The notes below the pieces were generated by a model that saw only the letters and a list, made by a program, of their open reading frames with translations, was not told the origin of the DNA and ran no database searches. DNA of 64,000 nt, taken from assembly GCA_032718475.1 (NCBI GenBank), contig JAUCBJ010002610.1:15782-79781 (forward strand), read 5' to 3'. The translations under genes and the position numbers were made by a program. Positions 51,612 to 61,908 of this stretch are shown here, in pieces; within the stretch, counting starts at the first letter, position 1, and every line of letters begins with the position of its first letter. This stretch comes from Nemertoderma westbladi (Eukaryota > Animalia > Xenacoelomorpha).

Positions 51612-54600
51612 CTATTGCGTAGGGGAGTCCCTGGATGTTTGTTGGATTAGGGAGGTGGTCGTGGGAAGAGTATCTTGCCTTCCATAGTTTCCGGAGAGTT
51701 CTCGGTCTCTTTCCAGTAAACATAAACGACCAACTGGGCGATTGAGCTGCTGTGTCTCGAAGACAATTCCCGGTTTCTTAAAGTTACGTTGCATGACAAC
51801 GAGTTCTACCGATCGCACCAAACCATCATCCGAGATGTGAGTCTCGATGATACGACCTGTCTGCCACCGCTTACGTGGAAGATCTGAATCCACAATAAGG
51901 ACCATGTCTCCAGTGCTGACGTTTTCTTGCTGCGCAAACCACTTAGTTCGAAGTTGTAGCGTGGGCAGATAATGTTTTTCGAAATGGTCAGCGAAACGAC
52001 GGGATAACAACTGCATAAGTTGCCAAGTTTGCCGGCAGTATTCGTCTCCGTCTGTGATTTCCGAGCGTGGGAGCATGGCTACAGGTTTCTTCAGTAGGAA
52101 GTGCGCGGGTGTTAGCGCTTCCAGGGAATCGGGACTCGAGGAGACTGGCATAAGCGGTCTCTCGTTGAGATAGGCGGCGATTTCCTCCATTAACGTCCGC
52201 AAAAGTTCGTCGGTGAGATACGCGCGGCACGGCACTATGAAGTGAAATGCGGTCTTCACGCTCCTGATTAATCTCTCCCAACTTCCTCCCCACCAAGGGG
52301 CGTCGGCGGCGTTGAAGGTCCAGCTAGACGCTGTTACCCTTAGCTGATCGTCCACCTGTCTTTGGTTCCAATCTTTGACGTAAGCTTTGATTTCATTGTT
52401 GGCACCAATGAAGTTCGTTCCCTTATCAGATCTCATCGTGTTACTAGTTCCAAAGCGAGCGATCTGTCGCTGTAAGCTCAATAGGAAGCTGTTGGTAGAT
52501 AAATCGTTCACCATATCGTGATGGATAGCTCTACAAGTCATACAAACAAAGATGACACACCATCTCTTGACTATAGTCCTAGCACGATATACTTCAATTG
52601 GGCCAAATAAATCTACACCAGTATTAGTAAAGGGTGGTTCATAGAAGCTTACTCGTTCCCTAGGTAATTCTGCCTCTCGATGTGTTAAAGGCCTACTGAA
52701 TGCTTTCCTACAGGGTATGCAGTTCCTAAGAACTTGGTTCAGAGCTCTACGGGGTTTATAAAAATAATAGCGAGTTCGAATTTCGCTAAGAACTCGTTCT
52801 CTACCAGCATGATAAAGTTTGCTGTGGACATCTACAATCATCTTGATTTGTATTTCAAGATTTCTAATGAGTATGGGAAACTTGGTGTCAAAGGATAATG
52901 GAGCATTAGTTAATCTTCCTCCAACACGTATCAACGCATCTATCATTGTGCTAGAGAAACGATCCCTTAAGCGCATCTGTGGATTTCTCAACAACAGGAA
53001 ATACTTATCGGAATCCTCATAGCATTGCAGGAGTCTCAGCATCTGCTTGTTGGTTTCTTCATGCTCCTGATAACTGATCTTCTCCTTCAGAAACCTGTCG
53101 GATATCTTATATTTGGGAAGATCTTTAACAACATGGACCTGCACAGATGTCAGTGGAGCGGTATCACTATTGGTCTTCGCCCTGGAGTAGTGATGATAAA
53201 AACATCGCTTTAAATATGTAACGGCCTTACAGAGCCGATTCCAGGAACTGTAGTGATATATCGCTCTCTGCAGGAGAGGTGAGAGTCCTTGCGAGACATC
53301 TGGTATTCCAGATTTCCAATCCCTCTCTCTGATTTCCACAACAGACTTATTTGTGGCTGTGGGTTTCGGATCCGAAGCGTCGTCTCCGGAAGTGTGTAGT
53401 ACAGACAGATCTACCACGGGTTTAAATAACTTCGATTTACTCGCCCGAGTTTTAGGTTTGACTTTCTCCGCTCCCTTGGCCTGTCTAATCTCTGCCGTAG
53501 TAAGATGAGGAGGCCATTCATCCTCTTCTTTGCTTAGGAAGTCGGGTCCACCTAACCAGTCTGGAGTATCTATCAGTTCTTGTGGAGTTGCTCCCCTGGA
53601 GGCGATGTCTGCTGGATTAATCGTTCCGGGGCAATGTCTCCATTGATCCATCTTCGTGCGACTAAGTATAATGGCTACTCTGTTGGTAACGAAGATGCTG
53701 AACTGACAGACTTCATTGGTTATATACTCCAACACGAGTAAAGCATCGGTCCAATAGACAGTTTTCTCCAGTGGATAGTCGATCTGTTCTGTTACATTCC
53801 GGCCGATGGCTGTAGCGTATAAAGCCGCTTTTAACTCCGCTTGAGGAACTTTCAACTTGTTGTTTATCAATGCCTTAGAGGTAACCAAGGCGACTTTGAT
53901 TCCATCCGGAGTTTCCACTCTCAGGTAGGCTACTATACCTATTCCCATATCGCTGGCGTCTCCAAACACATGGAGTTGATAGGAATACGTAGGGAGAACA
54001 TGACCAAAATATGAACGGGAAATTATAAAGTTCTCGATGGCTGGTAGAGAATCTTCCCATTTCATCCACTTCTTTAATAATTCTCCCTTAAGTGGATCGT
54101 CCCATGAGTGGTTTTCAAGCCACATTTGTTGTACTAAACTCCGAGCAATCAATATAACTGGGCTAATAAATCCCAATGGATCGAAATAAGTGCTCAGGAT
54201 ACTTAAACAAATCCGTTTAGTCCGAACTGGATTATCTCGCTGTTTTAGCTGGAAAAACAGGATATCTCTCTCTGTGTCCCATTTCAAACCAAGTGTCTTG
54301 GTTTCTGGAAGATCATCTTTGATTAGGTCTAGGTCTTTCGCTCCTCGATCTTTTACCGGGATCGATTCTAGAAACTCACGGGAGTTGCTGGTGAATTTAG
54401 TTAATCAAAATCCACCTCTTTTTAAGCACTCTACCGTTCCTTTGGCGACATCAATGGCTTCTTCCACAGATGGAAGGGACTTTAAATTGTTGTCCATGTA
54501 TATATCCCGTTTGATGTTGTCGATCACCTCTTTTGAGAAGGCGTCCTGGTTGTCATCAGCAGTGGTGCGCACCACTGAGCAGGCGTTTGAAGGGCTTGAG

Positions 54601-57176
54601 ATGATCCCAAAAGCCTGGATGGTCATCCAATACTCCACCGGTTTCTGGTTGAGGTCTCCTTCAGGACACCACAGAAATCGTAGGCTGTCTCGATCCCTAT
54701 CCAGCGCCTTGACTTGTAAGAACATGCCTTCTATGTCGGAGGCGAAAGCGATTGAATATTGTCATAATCTTAAGAGTATTCCCAACAAGGATTGGAGTAA
54801 GTTGGGTCCTGGTAACAACTCGGAATTAAGGGATTGGCCCATGTAGAGGGCGGAGCCGTCAAATACTACTCGTACCTCATGGGGTTTACCAGGTTTGGGA
54901 ACGTAATGATGTGTTAAATAGTACGTTCTCTCAGTTAGGGGTGTTCCTTCCGGTACTCGCTCCGCATATCCCTTGTTAATAAATTTCTTCAACTGAGTCT
55001 GATACATTTCTTTAGCTGAAGCATTTGCCGTAAGGCGTCGATGTAGTTGAGCAATTCTTTTCTCCGCCAAGGGTCGGTTGTTTATGAATTTTGGTTCTCG
55101 CTTTCGGAATGGGAGACCGATTTCATATCTACCTTGATCTTTAAGAAAACGTGTAGTTGTCTCCTGGATCTGCTTGGCTTTCTTCTTCTACCGATAGGGC
55201 CTTATCGTAGGAATTGGGCTCTACAGCCTCTTGAGTAAAGAATCGTACGGCGTGTTCATCTCGAGTTTTCGCGTTATATCTCTCGATTACGTCATTCAGT
55301 TCGTCGTTATAGTCGACTTGTCCTGATGGACGAATGACTTGACATAGGTTCACTTGGTTTTGCCAAGTCTCGTTTTCCGTAAGGATATCGATGGTATTCT
55401 CCTCGTCAAAGAGCTGGTGGATATCGTCATTATCTGAGGAGTATGGTGTTCCCTCAGTTGGGTCGTCAACTTCACTGCTCTCCACTTCCCATTCACTTAA
55501 TTGATATACCTGTTCTTTTGGTAATCTTTCCATGAGAGTTCTACGGGAAGGGCCAGTAAAGTACCAACCTACTCTAGTTCTTCCCGCATAGACTTGTAAT
55601 GGTTGCGGTTGAGCAGGCCGTTTCTCCAATGTCTCAAGCGCTTCATGCGCATTTTGGCCGATGAGTATTTGCACTCCAGGGTAATCTGTGTTGAATCTAG
55701 GTATATTAAGCTGCTGGGTGGAATCGTCCTCATCCCAGTTATAAGGTTCTACTTGGCTGGTAGCGAAGTTCTTTATCGCCACCATTTTTACTGACCTTAT
55801 ACGGTGTTCTCCTAGTTCATCCTGGGGGGTGGACAACGCACCTACATAATAATCTGCTATTACTGTAGATTTCCAAACCTGCATAATTCCTGACATGTTT
55901 AACTTAGTTCGGAACTTGGGTTGTCCAGCAAAGATGTCTTCGGCTAGTTCTTTGTCGATGAATGTTCCTGTGCTACCGGAGTCAAGGAGGGCGTTCACTA
56001 TATAACTCCTTTCAGGTCCATGGACCCTCAACTGCACTACGGGAAATTCTCGGATTCCTACATTGGAAGTTGGAGCTTTCCAAGATGGTTGTCGGTCAGA
56101 AGTAGTTAGGGGGAGCTCGCTGTCGGTGTCCTTTTCATACGTAAGTGCTCGATACACTGCGGTATTTATCAGGTAACAGGATTCGTTTTCATCGGAGAAT
56201 TCGTCCGTATAGAATCCTTCCATCTCAGAACTTTGGTCAGTGTCGTTCACATCACTGAATTGGACATGCAGTTCGGAATCACTTACCTGACTCGGGCTGT
56301 TTCGTTCGAATTCAGTATGCAACAAGAGATGATGTTTTGCGCCGCACTTCGCACACCTTGCGTCTGAGTAACAGGTTCGCCGTTGGTGTCCTTGTCTGAG
56401 GCAATTATAACACAACCGCTTATCCCACATGACTTCCCGTCTATCCTTTAATGATTTCTTTAGGAATTCATCACACACATTCAAACGGTGGGTCCCGTCA
56501 TATAGCGCACATTTCGGTTTGATATTACTTACCTTATTTTGAGTAACGTTGTGCACACTCGTTCTTTCTTCGGGCTTTCTTACCTGAATTCTCTTAGGAG
56601 ACGTAGGAGGAGTTTTTCTTACCTGTTCTCTCCTGTCATTGGTTCGAGACTTGAATTTACTTACGTCTTTAGGCGTTTTATTGACATAATAAGATCTTTC
56701 AGTGTCTTTCCCGCTGTCTTCTTCTTGAGAAGCCTGGCTTTCGCCGTCGTCGGTATAACACACTGGTGTTGCCTTTCTCCTAGAAACGGGTTTCTCACTT
56801 ACCTTGTTTTCCGGTGTCTTCTCTCTGGACTGCTTTAGGAGCTGTAATTTCACTTCTCCATCTAAGAATGACATGAGATCAGCCATGGTAGGGTCTCGTC
56901 GTTGTTGTTCCATCATATATAACACTTTCTTATCCCAGCGTGTGCCTACTCCACCCTTAGGTAAAGTTGAGGCCACGGCTCCAATAACCATAGAACTCTG
57001 ATATTCATGAGACTTACCTAGCCAATCTAATTGTCTACAGATCTCTTGAATCTCATCGGAAAACTCTATAATCCCGCTGCTAATGAACTTTAGGGGCGCT
57101 ACCAATTTTGCATACAAATATTTGGCTATGTTATTCCTATTACCATACCTGATGTTTAGTGTATCCCAAACTTGTC
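51612..57176 (-). pseudogene. BEL/Pao gag-pol polyprotein (one frameshift, two nonsense codons, N-terminus cut off)
   Basis: Gag VWDTLNIRYG, CYNCLRQGHQRRTC, CAKCGAKHHLLLH; PR ALLDSGSTGTFI; RT VRVVFDGS, LLPGPNLL, SDIEGMFLQV, IYMDN; RNase H LHVFGDAS, YWTDA; IN DLFGP, SDKGTNF, WWGGSWERLIRSVK. Frameshift near 55180; TGA stops at 54762 and 54405. Confidence 0.93.
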
Positions 57177-57299
57177 TTAAACTTAGGTTTTGGATTAACC
57201 GGAACGACGTTTTACGTGGCGTATTCATAATTACAGGATTAATAAAGGCAAGGAAGGGTCTTTCACCACGTGGATATATAAAAAATGAAGTTAATTATT

Positions 57300-57341
57300 T
57301 ACCGTATGGCCATTTCACCCTCGCGGGCGTCTTCAGCGGTA
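57300..57341 (-). ncRNA. Minimal type I hammerhead ribozyme in the pLTR
   Basis: TACCG CTGAAGA C GCCC-GCGA-GGGT GAAA T GGCC ATA^CGGTA: stem I TACCG/CGGTA, CUGANGA and GAAA cores, GNRA-capped stem II, short palindromic stem III. Confidence 0.85.
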
Positions 57342-57972
57342 TATTCAATTAAAATAGCGTTAAAATATAGTTTAATTTAAAAATTAGTTCACAATTTAAA
57401 AGTTTAGGGTACCTACCAAGCAGCATTTACAGTAAATAATGGGAAATTTTACATTGAAATATTTAGGGGCCTAATTAAAACAGTGAAACGTTGTGAGTAC
57501 CGGTAGTGCAGTTGCATAGTTGTGGTGGGGCTACGGCACTACAGCCTAAGCACTGACTGCCTGTCATCAGGCTGCATACGTGTACCGTGTGTACGGTATG
57601 TTGCACCTTTACAGTAGTTGCTAAAAGATAACCAAGTAAACATAATTTATACAGTAGGTAGTTAATTGCGGGTGAGTGGCTTGAGAAACTTAATAATATA
57701 TGTGTTATTTTGCACCAAATAGTTAAACATTAGAAAAATTAATAATATATGTGTTATTTTGCACCAAACATTTGAACAGTAGAAAATTAAAAATAATATC
57801 AAAGATTAAAACTAAGCAAATGTGTTACTGGAAATAAGTTAAGTTAAGTGCATATTTATACAGTAGTTATTGCACTTAATAAATTTATCAAATTATTAAT
57901 AAATAAGTCTACATACAGTAGATAGTTAGTATCGGGTGGGTGGCAGGATTAACATGATTAAATTATTTTGCA

Positions 57973-60900
57973 TTACATAGAAGGTATAACTTTATTAAGA
58001 GTTGGGTGGATCATATTAATGTAACAGGACTCTGCATGAACTCGTCGCTGGTGGTTGCGGAACTGTTTAAAGCAGGTTACGGTCAGTTGGTCTATTTCAC
58101 AGTTAGTGAAATGTTGTAGGAGAAGGATTTCGGGGCTAGTTGGGTCGCAGCCTTTACGGGCTTCCCTAATACTATGTCTGTGCTTATTAAGCCGGTCGTG
58201 GAGGAATTGTTCCGTCTGGCCGATGTAGAAATCACTCGGATGAGTTCTACAGGAGATAATGTAGAGCACATTGTGGGATTTGCAGTTAAAGCGGCCGTGA
58301 ATGGATTCATTCCAGTGTGTTTTACGAAGGTTTGTAATGGCTAGACAACATAAGCAACGGGGAGCGCGACATTGGTGATTACCTACCGGGATAAGTGGGT
58401 CTAGTTTACGTATAAGCATTTGTCCAAGGTTTGGGAGGTTGCGTGGGACGGGTTTAATGGCAATACCTATGTTACTAAGGTGGTTTTGATGCCGGGCGAT
58501 GGTTTTGGACATAGATGTTAAAAAATAAGGAGTTGTGGGTATGTAGATGGGGGGAGGGTGAGTATGCTGTATAGTGGTGTAGGTGGCGGGTAACTGTTTG
58601 GCTGGTTTCCATAGATACATTGATAGTAAGAAGTTTAGTGGGTATCCTCTAAGTTTGCATAGTTCCAAGTAATTATGGCGGGTGACATTAAAAAGGTTAT
58701 CTGAGTCAGTAAGTCTGCGGTAACGGAGGATTTCAGCTTTAACAACTGCGAGTAGGGTGGGTTTATGGTGAAAACTAGCGTATAGGATGGGTAATTTATT
58801 GGACATGGGCTTCTTATATAGGTGGGTAAGTAATTTGTCATCCTGGCGGTATATTGTGAGGTCAAGGTAGTTTAAGGTGGAGTAGGAGTGTTCTATGGTG
58901 AATTGTATTGAGTTCGTATTATATAGTTCGAGGCAGGCTTGGTTGAGTGACGTTTTCAAACCACTTAACTCATTGGTGTTGAGTTCCCTATCGAATTCAA
59001 CAATGCTATCGTCAACGAGTGTTTTAAAATACTGGGCTGAGTAAAGGGTGGTATTTAGGGCTCGCTTGAGGACTCTGCATGAGGCTATAACGGCATAATC
59101 ACCGCTATGTGAGCCTCCCATGGGCGCACCAGAGATTTGGAGGTAAAATTTGTCACTATACCTAAAAAAGTTATGGTAAAGTAGAAACCTTAGTATAAGA
59201 CATAACTGATATGGCGTGAAAATAGACCGGTGTGGCAGGGATGGGTCTTCGGTAAGTGTTTGCATAGTGGCTTGTAACCCGAGCTCGTGTGGAATACTAG
59301 TAAACATATCGACTACATCTACTGCGATGAGAGTACATGATGAGTTATTGAGGTGGGTAGGCATTGTGTGTTTTAAATGTAATGAACTACAAAGATAATT
59401 GGACGAGTTAGTGACTAGAGGGTGTAAGTAGAAATGCATCAATTTAGAAAGTGGTGAGAAAAAGGCGTCAGTATTGGATATAATTGGTCGGCCTTTAGGG
59501 ATTAGTTTACCGTTTGGGTGTTGGATCCATTCCTCTTTGGGTTTGTGATCTTTGAGGGAGATAAAAATGTGGCCTGTGGTAAAAGTATTGGGAAATAGGT
59601 GCGTTTGGAGTTCGGGGTTGCGTAACGACAGTTCACGTAGGAGGGCTCGACATTTGACACGGAAGCGGGCGGTTGGATCTTTAGTTAGTTGTTCGTAGGT
59701 TGTAGTGTCGCTGAGGATCCTTAGGATTTCAAAGTGTTTATCGGCGGTATCTAGTAGAATAATGTTACCGGTTTTATCTCCTTTGAGGAAGGAGACATCT
59801 TTAATTTTCTTAAGAGATTGGAGAGCAGTGAGTTGAGATTTATTTAAGTTAGGGGGGTGTTGGTTGTTGTATCGCTGTAGATTAATTGAGTTGGTTGTTT
59901 TGTGTAGGTCGTGTATAAGTGATTCTATGCCAGGGTCATCGGCGCGGGGGGCGACGTATCTTGCGTGGCGGTAGAATGGGGGGTCGGGTGGTTCCGGGTC
60001 GATATTGGGTTGTTCGGTAATCGTATTTAGCTTCGTCACTCGTGGTAGGGTGCGCGTTGTCGGTGTTCGCGTTTTCGAACGTGTTCGCGATGATGGCGTG
60101 TCTAGGGGTGTGCATGGGCCTCGCGACGGTGGTGGGTGGGACGGCAGGTTGTGGGGGTCATCGAGTGGGGTAGTTGGTATGTATGTGTATGTTGGGGCAA
60201 TCGGCGGTGCTGGCTCAACATCGGATGTTTGTTCGGTGTTTAGTGCCGGGAACAAACAGCGTTGTGCCGACTTACGGGTGCTCGGTTTATATATGGCGGA
60301 AATTGGTGGTTGCCCTGGCAACGCGGCGGCAAACGTATCCGTTGGCGGGAGGATCGGCCGGTGGGTGGGAGTTAGAATGGTCGGGTTCGATCCGTGGTTG
60401 CCGTTGGTGGGTGGGGGATTGTGGTCCGCTAATCTCCGACACCGATTGCGGAGTTTGGTCGCTGCGATGGCCATGTCGACGTGGCTATCGAAACGGTCGG
60501 TGTTCGTTATACCTCTGTTGGGAATAAAGGTAAAACCGAGGCCTAGTAAGTCGTGCTGGTCTTTGTCTAATGTGATACTCGAAAGATTGGTGACTGGTGC
60601 TTGCGCTTGGGGAAAGGGGTTAGTAGCTTGGGCGTCTTCGGGAGCGATATCTTTAACATTGAACCGTCGATTGGTATCCGGGTGGCTTGGAGGGCGCAGG
60701 ATGTTGTCCATTGTCTCGTAGCCGCAGTCGAAACTGTATTTGTAATCTAGACGGTAACACGTTACGTCGATTTCTCTGTCCTCTACTACCGGTAGCCAGT
60801 AATTTAAGAAGTTGATGCTATCAGTGTTGTACCGTGCACTCGCTTGTACTCTGTTAAGGTGGTATTTGAATTCGCGTTTCAGTTTGCGTAGTCTACTAAA

Positions 60901-61164
60901 TCTATCGCTGATCTCAGTTCTAAATACTCGTGCGAGTAGACCGTTGTAGAGCGAAGGGTAGAACTTCAGGATCTGGCTGATTCTAGGAACAATGAACGAA
61001 GGCGGGAAGTTGGATTCCCTGGCGGATTTAAAGTATTGGATTTGGTATTTAGTGCGTGCTTGGTGGATCCTAATTTTAAGACACATCCGAATGTCGTTTG
61101 CTGCCCTTGGTGTTAAACTTAGGTTTTGGATTAACCGGAACGACGTTTTACGTGGCGTATTCAT
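57973..61164 (-). CDS. Penelope-like RT plus GIY-YIG endonuclease (1063 aa, intact)
   Basis: KGDKTGNIILLD, KDHK, GRPIIS, AVDVVDMFTSIP, QISGAPMGG, LVDD, LNYLDL, LYKKP; Neptune-like Cys linker CRAPRCLCC...FNCKSHNVLYIISC...FYIGQT...RLNKH; E..YI....P.LN. Confidence 0.95.
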   Translation of the reverse strand: MNTPRKTSFRLIQNLSLTPRAANDIRMCLKIRIHQARTKYQIQYFKSARESNFPPSFIVPRISQILKFYPSLYNGLLARVFRTEISDRFSRLRKLKREFKYHLNRVQASARYNTDSINFLNYWLPVVEDREIDVTCYRLDYKYSFDCGYETMDNILRPPSHPDTNRRFNVKDIAPEDAQATNPFPQAQAPVTNLSSITLDKDQHDLLGLGFTFIPNRGITNTDRFDSHVDMAIAATKLRNRCRRLADHNPPPTNGNHGSNPTILTPTHRPILPPTDTFAAALPGQPPISAIYKPSTRKSAQRCLFPALNTEQTSDVEPAPPIAPTYTYIPTTPLDDPHNLPSHPPPSRGPCTPLDTPSSRTRSKTRTPTTRTLPRVTKLNTITEQPNIDPEPPDPPFYRHARYVAPRADDPGIESLIHDLHKTTNSINLQRYNNQHPPNLNKSQLTALQSLKKIKDVSFLKGDKTGNIILLDTADKHFEILRILSDTTTYEQLTKDPTARFRVKCRALLRELSLRNPELQTHLFPNTFTTGHIFISLKDHKPKEEWIQHPNGKLIPKGRPIISNTDAFFSPLSKLMHFYLHPLVTNSSNYLCSSLHLKHTMPTHLNNSSCTLIAVDVVDMFTSIPHELGLQATMQTLTEDPSLPHRSIFTPYQLCLILRFLLYHNFFRYSDKFYLQISGAPMGGSHSGDYAVIASCRVLKRALNTTLYSAQYFKTLVDDSIVEFDRELNTNELSGLKTSLNQACLELYNTNSIQFTIEHSYSTLNYLDLTIYRQDDKLLTHLYKKPMSNKLPILYASFHHKPTLLAVVKAEILRYRRLTDSDNLFNVTRHNYLELCKLRGYPLNFLLSMYLWKPAKQLPATYTTIQHTHPPPIYIPTTPYFLTSMSKTIARHQNHLSNIGIAIKPVPRNLPNLGQMLIRKLDPLIPVGNHQCRAPRCLCCLAITNLRKTHWNESIHGRFNCKSHNVLYIISCRTHPSDFYIGQTEQFLHDRLNKHRHSIREARKGCDPTSPEILLLQHFTNCEIDQLTVTCFKQFRNHQRRVHAESCYINMIHPTLNKVIPSM

Positions 61165-61235
61165 AATTACAGGATTAATAAAGGCAAGGAAGGGTCTTTC
61201 ACCACGTGGATATATAAAAAATGAAGTTAATTATT

Positions 61236-61277
61236 TACCGTATGGCCATTTCACCCTCGCGGGCGTCTTCAGCGGTA
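61236..61277 (-). ncRNA. Minimal type I hammerhead ribozyme, second pLTR copy
   Basis: Identical to 57300-57341 at offset 3936. Confidence 0.85.
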
Positions 61278-61908
61278 TATTCAATTAAAATAGCGTTAAA
61301 ATATAGTTTAATTTAAAAATTAGTTCACAATTTAAAAGTTTAGGGTACCTACCAAGCAGCATTTACAGTAAATAATGGGAAATTTTACATTGAAATATTT
61401 AGGGGCCTAATTAAAACAGTGAAACGTTGTGAGTACCGGTAGTGCAGTTGCATAGTTGTGGTGGGGCTACGGCACTACAGCCTAAGCACTGACTGCCTGT
61501 CATCAGGCTGCATACGTGTACCGTGTGTACGGTATGTTGCACCTTTACAGTAGTTGCTAAAAGATAACCAAGTAAACATAATTTATACAGTAGGTAGTTA
61601 ATTGCGGGTGAGTGGCTTGAGAAACTTAATAATATATGTGTTATTTTGCACCAAATAGTTAAACATTAGAAAAATTAATAATATATGTGTTATTTTGCAC
61701 CAAACATTTGAACAGTAGAAAATTAAAAATAATATCAAAGATTAAAACTAAGCAAATGTGTTACTGGAAATAAGTTAAGTTAAGTGCATATTTATACAGT
61801 AGTTATTGCACTTAATAAATTTATCAAATTATTAATAAATAAGTCTACATACAGTAGATAGTTAGTATCGGGTGGGTGGCAGGATTAACATGATTAAATT
61901 ATTTTGCA

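Larger units (their letters stand above)
43744..57176 (-). mobile_element. BEL/Pao LTR retrotransposon with an extra downstream ORF; 5' part displaced by a Penelope-like insertion
   Basis: Order gag (Zn knuckles)-PR-RT-RNaseH-IN, then a 1.6-kb spacer, a same-strand extra ORF, a PPT-like tract and an LTR candidate. Confidence 0.85.

Noticed and set aside
57540-57576. Stem-loop TGCAGCCTGATGA...AGGCTGTA as a second hammerhead or a SECIS element
   Set aside because: No correctly placed GAAA core; the ORF has no in-frame TGA and has a C-terminal endonuclease, unlike selenoprotein-coding Naiad elements.
60005-60721. 238-aa plus-strand ORF
   Set aside because: Antisense shadow of the Pro/Thr-rich segment of the Penelope ORF.
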